A DNA stretch of 58,895 nucleotides from contig JBHPIO010000008.1 of assembly GCA_042568575.1 (NCBI GenBank), positions 1 through 58,895 of the forward strand, in the 5' to 3' direction. Position 1 is the stretch's first letter. Each line of letters begins with the position of its first letter. The notes beneath the pieces are model-generated. The model did no database searches. It was not told where the DNA came from and saw only the letters and a program-made list of their open reading frames with translations. Positions 56,928 to 58,895 of the stretch are shown one piece after another. The DNA is from Patescibacteria group bacterium. Its GTDB lineage: Bacteria; Patescibacteriota; Gracilibacteria; UBA1369; PNNO01. The position numbers and the translations under genes are program-made.

Positions 56928-58292
56928 TTACTTCTTACCCCGTTCATCATAAGACTTAAATGCAGAGTGAAATGCTGACATAACTGTTATAGTTCCAACA
57001 GGAAAATCAAGTCTACGATACCCCTTATCAAGAGTTTTGGCCCAATCCACTCCACGAGAATAAGCTTTATTAATCGCTGCGACATCAGGAGACTCTTGTG
57101 CGAACTCTTCTTCAGCAAACTTTACTCGATTAATGCACTGAAGAGCCAAAAGATAACCATGCATTGCATCAATCTCAGGGGGCTCTTCAGCTCCTTGCAT
57201 CATATATCCAGCAAGTACCTGCGCAACATTAGTAGTATGGGGCATAATATCTTCAAGATTTTCTGAAGGGTTTTCAATAAGCGCTATTGCTTCCCTAACG
57301 ATCTTTTGATCTACGTCATCTTCAATACCACCTTCTTCAAGTAATATCGCAATATCACTTAAAATCTTTTCTTTCTGTAATTCCAACTCAAGCAAAAGAT
57401 CCGGAGAAATGGGAGCTTCTCTATAATAAACGTCACCTTTACGATAAACTACCGTTGACGCTTTTTTGATCCCTTCCATTATCTCACCTATATCATCTTC
57501 TTCAGTTTCAACATCCAATTTTTTTCTAAAATGAACAAGAGCAGAATCATCAATCCTAACATTTTCAGGTTCCTCACCTTTTCCATCAAAATATGACCCT
57601 TCATGTTCTTCAGGAAAAACATACATGTAAGGTCCAACTAGATAATCTTCGTCTTCGTTCTCTAGAGACATCAAAACATCATCAATATTGTGAACTTTGA
57701 TAGGATTTTCACCCGGATGAACTGGAACAGGATCCATTGTAGTTTCGAAACCGTTTCTATCAAACCATTTAAGCACATCTAATTGTGCTGCATTGGCTTC
57801 GATAACTGCCTCTCTACCTGGGACTTTTCGTGAAATTTCTTTAACAAATTCCTCCATAGCGTTCATGGCAGCAGTAGCAATTCCATTTCCACGATAATTT
57901 GGATCAACTTTCCGATGACTAAACCTGAACTCATCTCCATAATCTCGAAGTGCAAATTCTGCAACATTCTTTTCTTGTCCTTCCTTTTTTATTTCAAGGA
58001 ATAACGCATTGCAAACATGTTGGCCATCTTCTGCGGTTTTGGAACCTCTGGAAATATGTAAATATAGAGGGACTGATTCATCAATTTTTGCTCTCATTAG
58101 CAACTCGTCTTCTTCTGCTTGAAGGTAATAACTAACCGAATCTCTTACTGCAGCAATAAGATTTCTACTAAAGCTATATCGACCTTCAATTTTCACAGGC
58201 TCTTCAAGGCTATCATTCTGAGTTAACTCGGGATGATCCTCTAGGTATTGGCCGATTCTGTCTGCCGGAGATTGTCCTTCCTTTTCTGTCAT
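56928..58292 (-). CDS. Acidic hypothetical protein with GNAT acetyltransferase domain
   Basis: VDPNYRGNGIAT motif A; WFDRNGF. Confidence 0.7.
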   Translation of the reverse strand: MTEKEGQSPADRIGQYLEDHPELTQNDSLEEPVKIEGRYSFSRNLIAAVRDSVSYYLQAEEDELLMRAKIDESVPLYLHISRGSKTAEDGQHVCNALFLEIKKEGQEKNVAEFALRDYGDEFRFSHRKVDPNYRGNGIATAAMNAMEEFVKEISRKVPGREAVIEANAAQLDVLKWFDRNGFETTMDPVPVHPGENPIKVHNIDDVLMSLENEDEDYLVGPYMYVFPEEHEGSYFDGKGEEPENVRIDDSALVHFRKKLDVETEEDDIGEIMEGIKKASTVVYRKGDVYYREAPISPDLLLELELQKEKILSDIAILLEEGGIEDDVDQKIVREAIALIENPSENLEDIMPHTTNVAQVLAGYMMQGAEEPPEIDAMHGYLLALQCINRVKFAEEEFAQESPDVAAINKAYSRGVDWAKTLDKGYRRLDFPVGTITVMSAFHSAFKSYDERGKK

Positions 58293-58367
58293 AATAAAAT
58301 AAATAAATTCGCATTATTGTCTTATTGTAGCATAAAATAGTGTGTCTACACAAGTGTTGAACATAAA

Positions 58368-58796
58368 CTACTCCTCCGTTTCTACTGCTGCGTTTGGATC
58401 TTGTGTCTTTCCTTCAAGAACCCAAAGCAATTGCTCTCTGTACGGATAAAGGTCATTTGAAAAAGGACGTCTACTCGGGACACGCATCCTTTCCCTGTAT
58501 AATTCTTTAATTCTATCCATAGTAACCTTAAGCGTTGCGTTAGTTATTCTTTCTCCTGTATTTCCATTAGTAAGTCCTTTTCTACTATGTATGGCATTTA
58601 CGAAGCGTCGTTGTCTATCATGCAAACTGTTAAAACCCATTTTTTGAGGTAATCCAAGAAGCCACAATAAATCTTTCCAGTGTCCATTTTCTCCTTCATG
58701 CATTCCTTCAAAAAATTCATCCAACAGCCTATCAGTCTCAGCTTTTGGCCATTTCATTCCAGGCATAGCTTGTGGCATCGGCTCTTGTTTTCGCAT
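58368..58796 (-). CDS. Hypothetical protein
   Basis: 142-aa ATG ORF with its own promoter. Confidence 0.7.
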   Translation of the reverse strand: MRKQEPMPQAMPGMKWPKAETDRLLDEFFEGMHEGENGHWKDLLWLLGLPQKMGFNSLHDRQRRFVNAIHSRKGLTNGNTGERITNATLKVTMDRIKELYRERMRVPSRRPFSNDLYPYREQLLWVLEGKTQDPNAAVETEE

Positions 58797-58830
58797 AATT
58801 AATTATTAGCAATACAGGACACAGAGTGAT

Positions 58831-58859
58831 ACTATAGCTCGCTGTCTGGCATTTGTCAA
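58831..58859 (-). promoter_or_regulatory. Sigma70-type promoter
   Basis: TTGACA-17-TATAGT on the minus strand. Confidence 0.7.
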
Positions 58860-58895
58860 TATCGTGGAGCTCCTTAGTGACGCTCTGCGTACTCG

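Noticed and set aside
854-58135. Numerous short antisense or alternate-frame ORFs in the track (e.g. 1404-1856, 9355-9939, 45547-46035)
   Set aside because: They lie within well-supported genes and show no motifs
58861-58895. Possible tRNA/tmRNA 3' end or att-site remnant (minus strand ...GGAGCTCCACGA)
   Set aside because: No T-arm consensus, no CCA end, truncated by the window edge
1-58895. Genetic code 25 (TGA=Gly) as in Gracilibacteria BD1-5/SR1
   Set aside because: Conserved genes are uninterrupted in code 11, and TGA ends genes at their natural termini (e.g. cdaA, rsmI, 54013)

Overview
AT-rich, densely packed bacterial chromosome segment that reads cleanly with genetic code 11 (TGA is used as stop). 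Gene content and style suggest a Patescibacteria/CPR organism, most like Peregrinibacteria (inference): scattered non-operonic housekeeping genes, sortase, SLH and type IV pilin proteins, almost no Shine-Dalgarno sites, and many acidic orphan proteins. Housekeeping genes: dnaX, ligA, mnmA, long RelA/SpoT, ychF, lon, asnS, alr, rnhA, rsmI, tsaB, YqeY, a ProX-type editing protein, a GGQ release-factor-like protein and tRNA-Phe(GAA). Also present: cdaA-cdaR, mscS, MATE/EamA transporters, sdpR-sdpI, PrsW, and a SxtJ-like/carbamoyltransferase/SGNH/SxtK-like module. No transposase, integrase, prophage or CRISPR array is visible. The most striking element is a ~500-nt self-contained cassette at 36489-36990: extended -10 promoter, boxA-like site, long hairpins, a perfect AAGGAGG SD, and a GC3-rich 65-codon membrane-peptide ORF enclosed by a 12-bp long-range helix and followed by two GC-rich hairpins. 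Its translation signals and codon usage do not match the surrounding genome. Other observations: a RelA/SpoT with a C-terminal membrane domain, beta-clamp-like motifs in LigA and in an RNase HI-Zn-ribbon fusion, a candidate sortase substrate (LADSGP), several apparent pseudo-enzymes, orphan signalling-type proteins that could be host-directed effectors, a paralogous gene pair each following a Lys-rich protein, and a recurrent CTAA motif before start codons.
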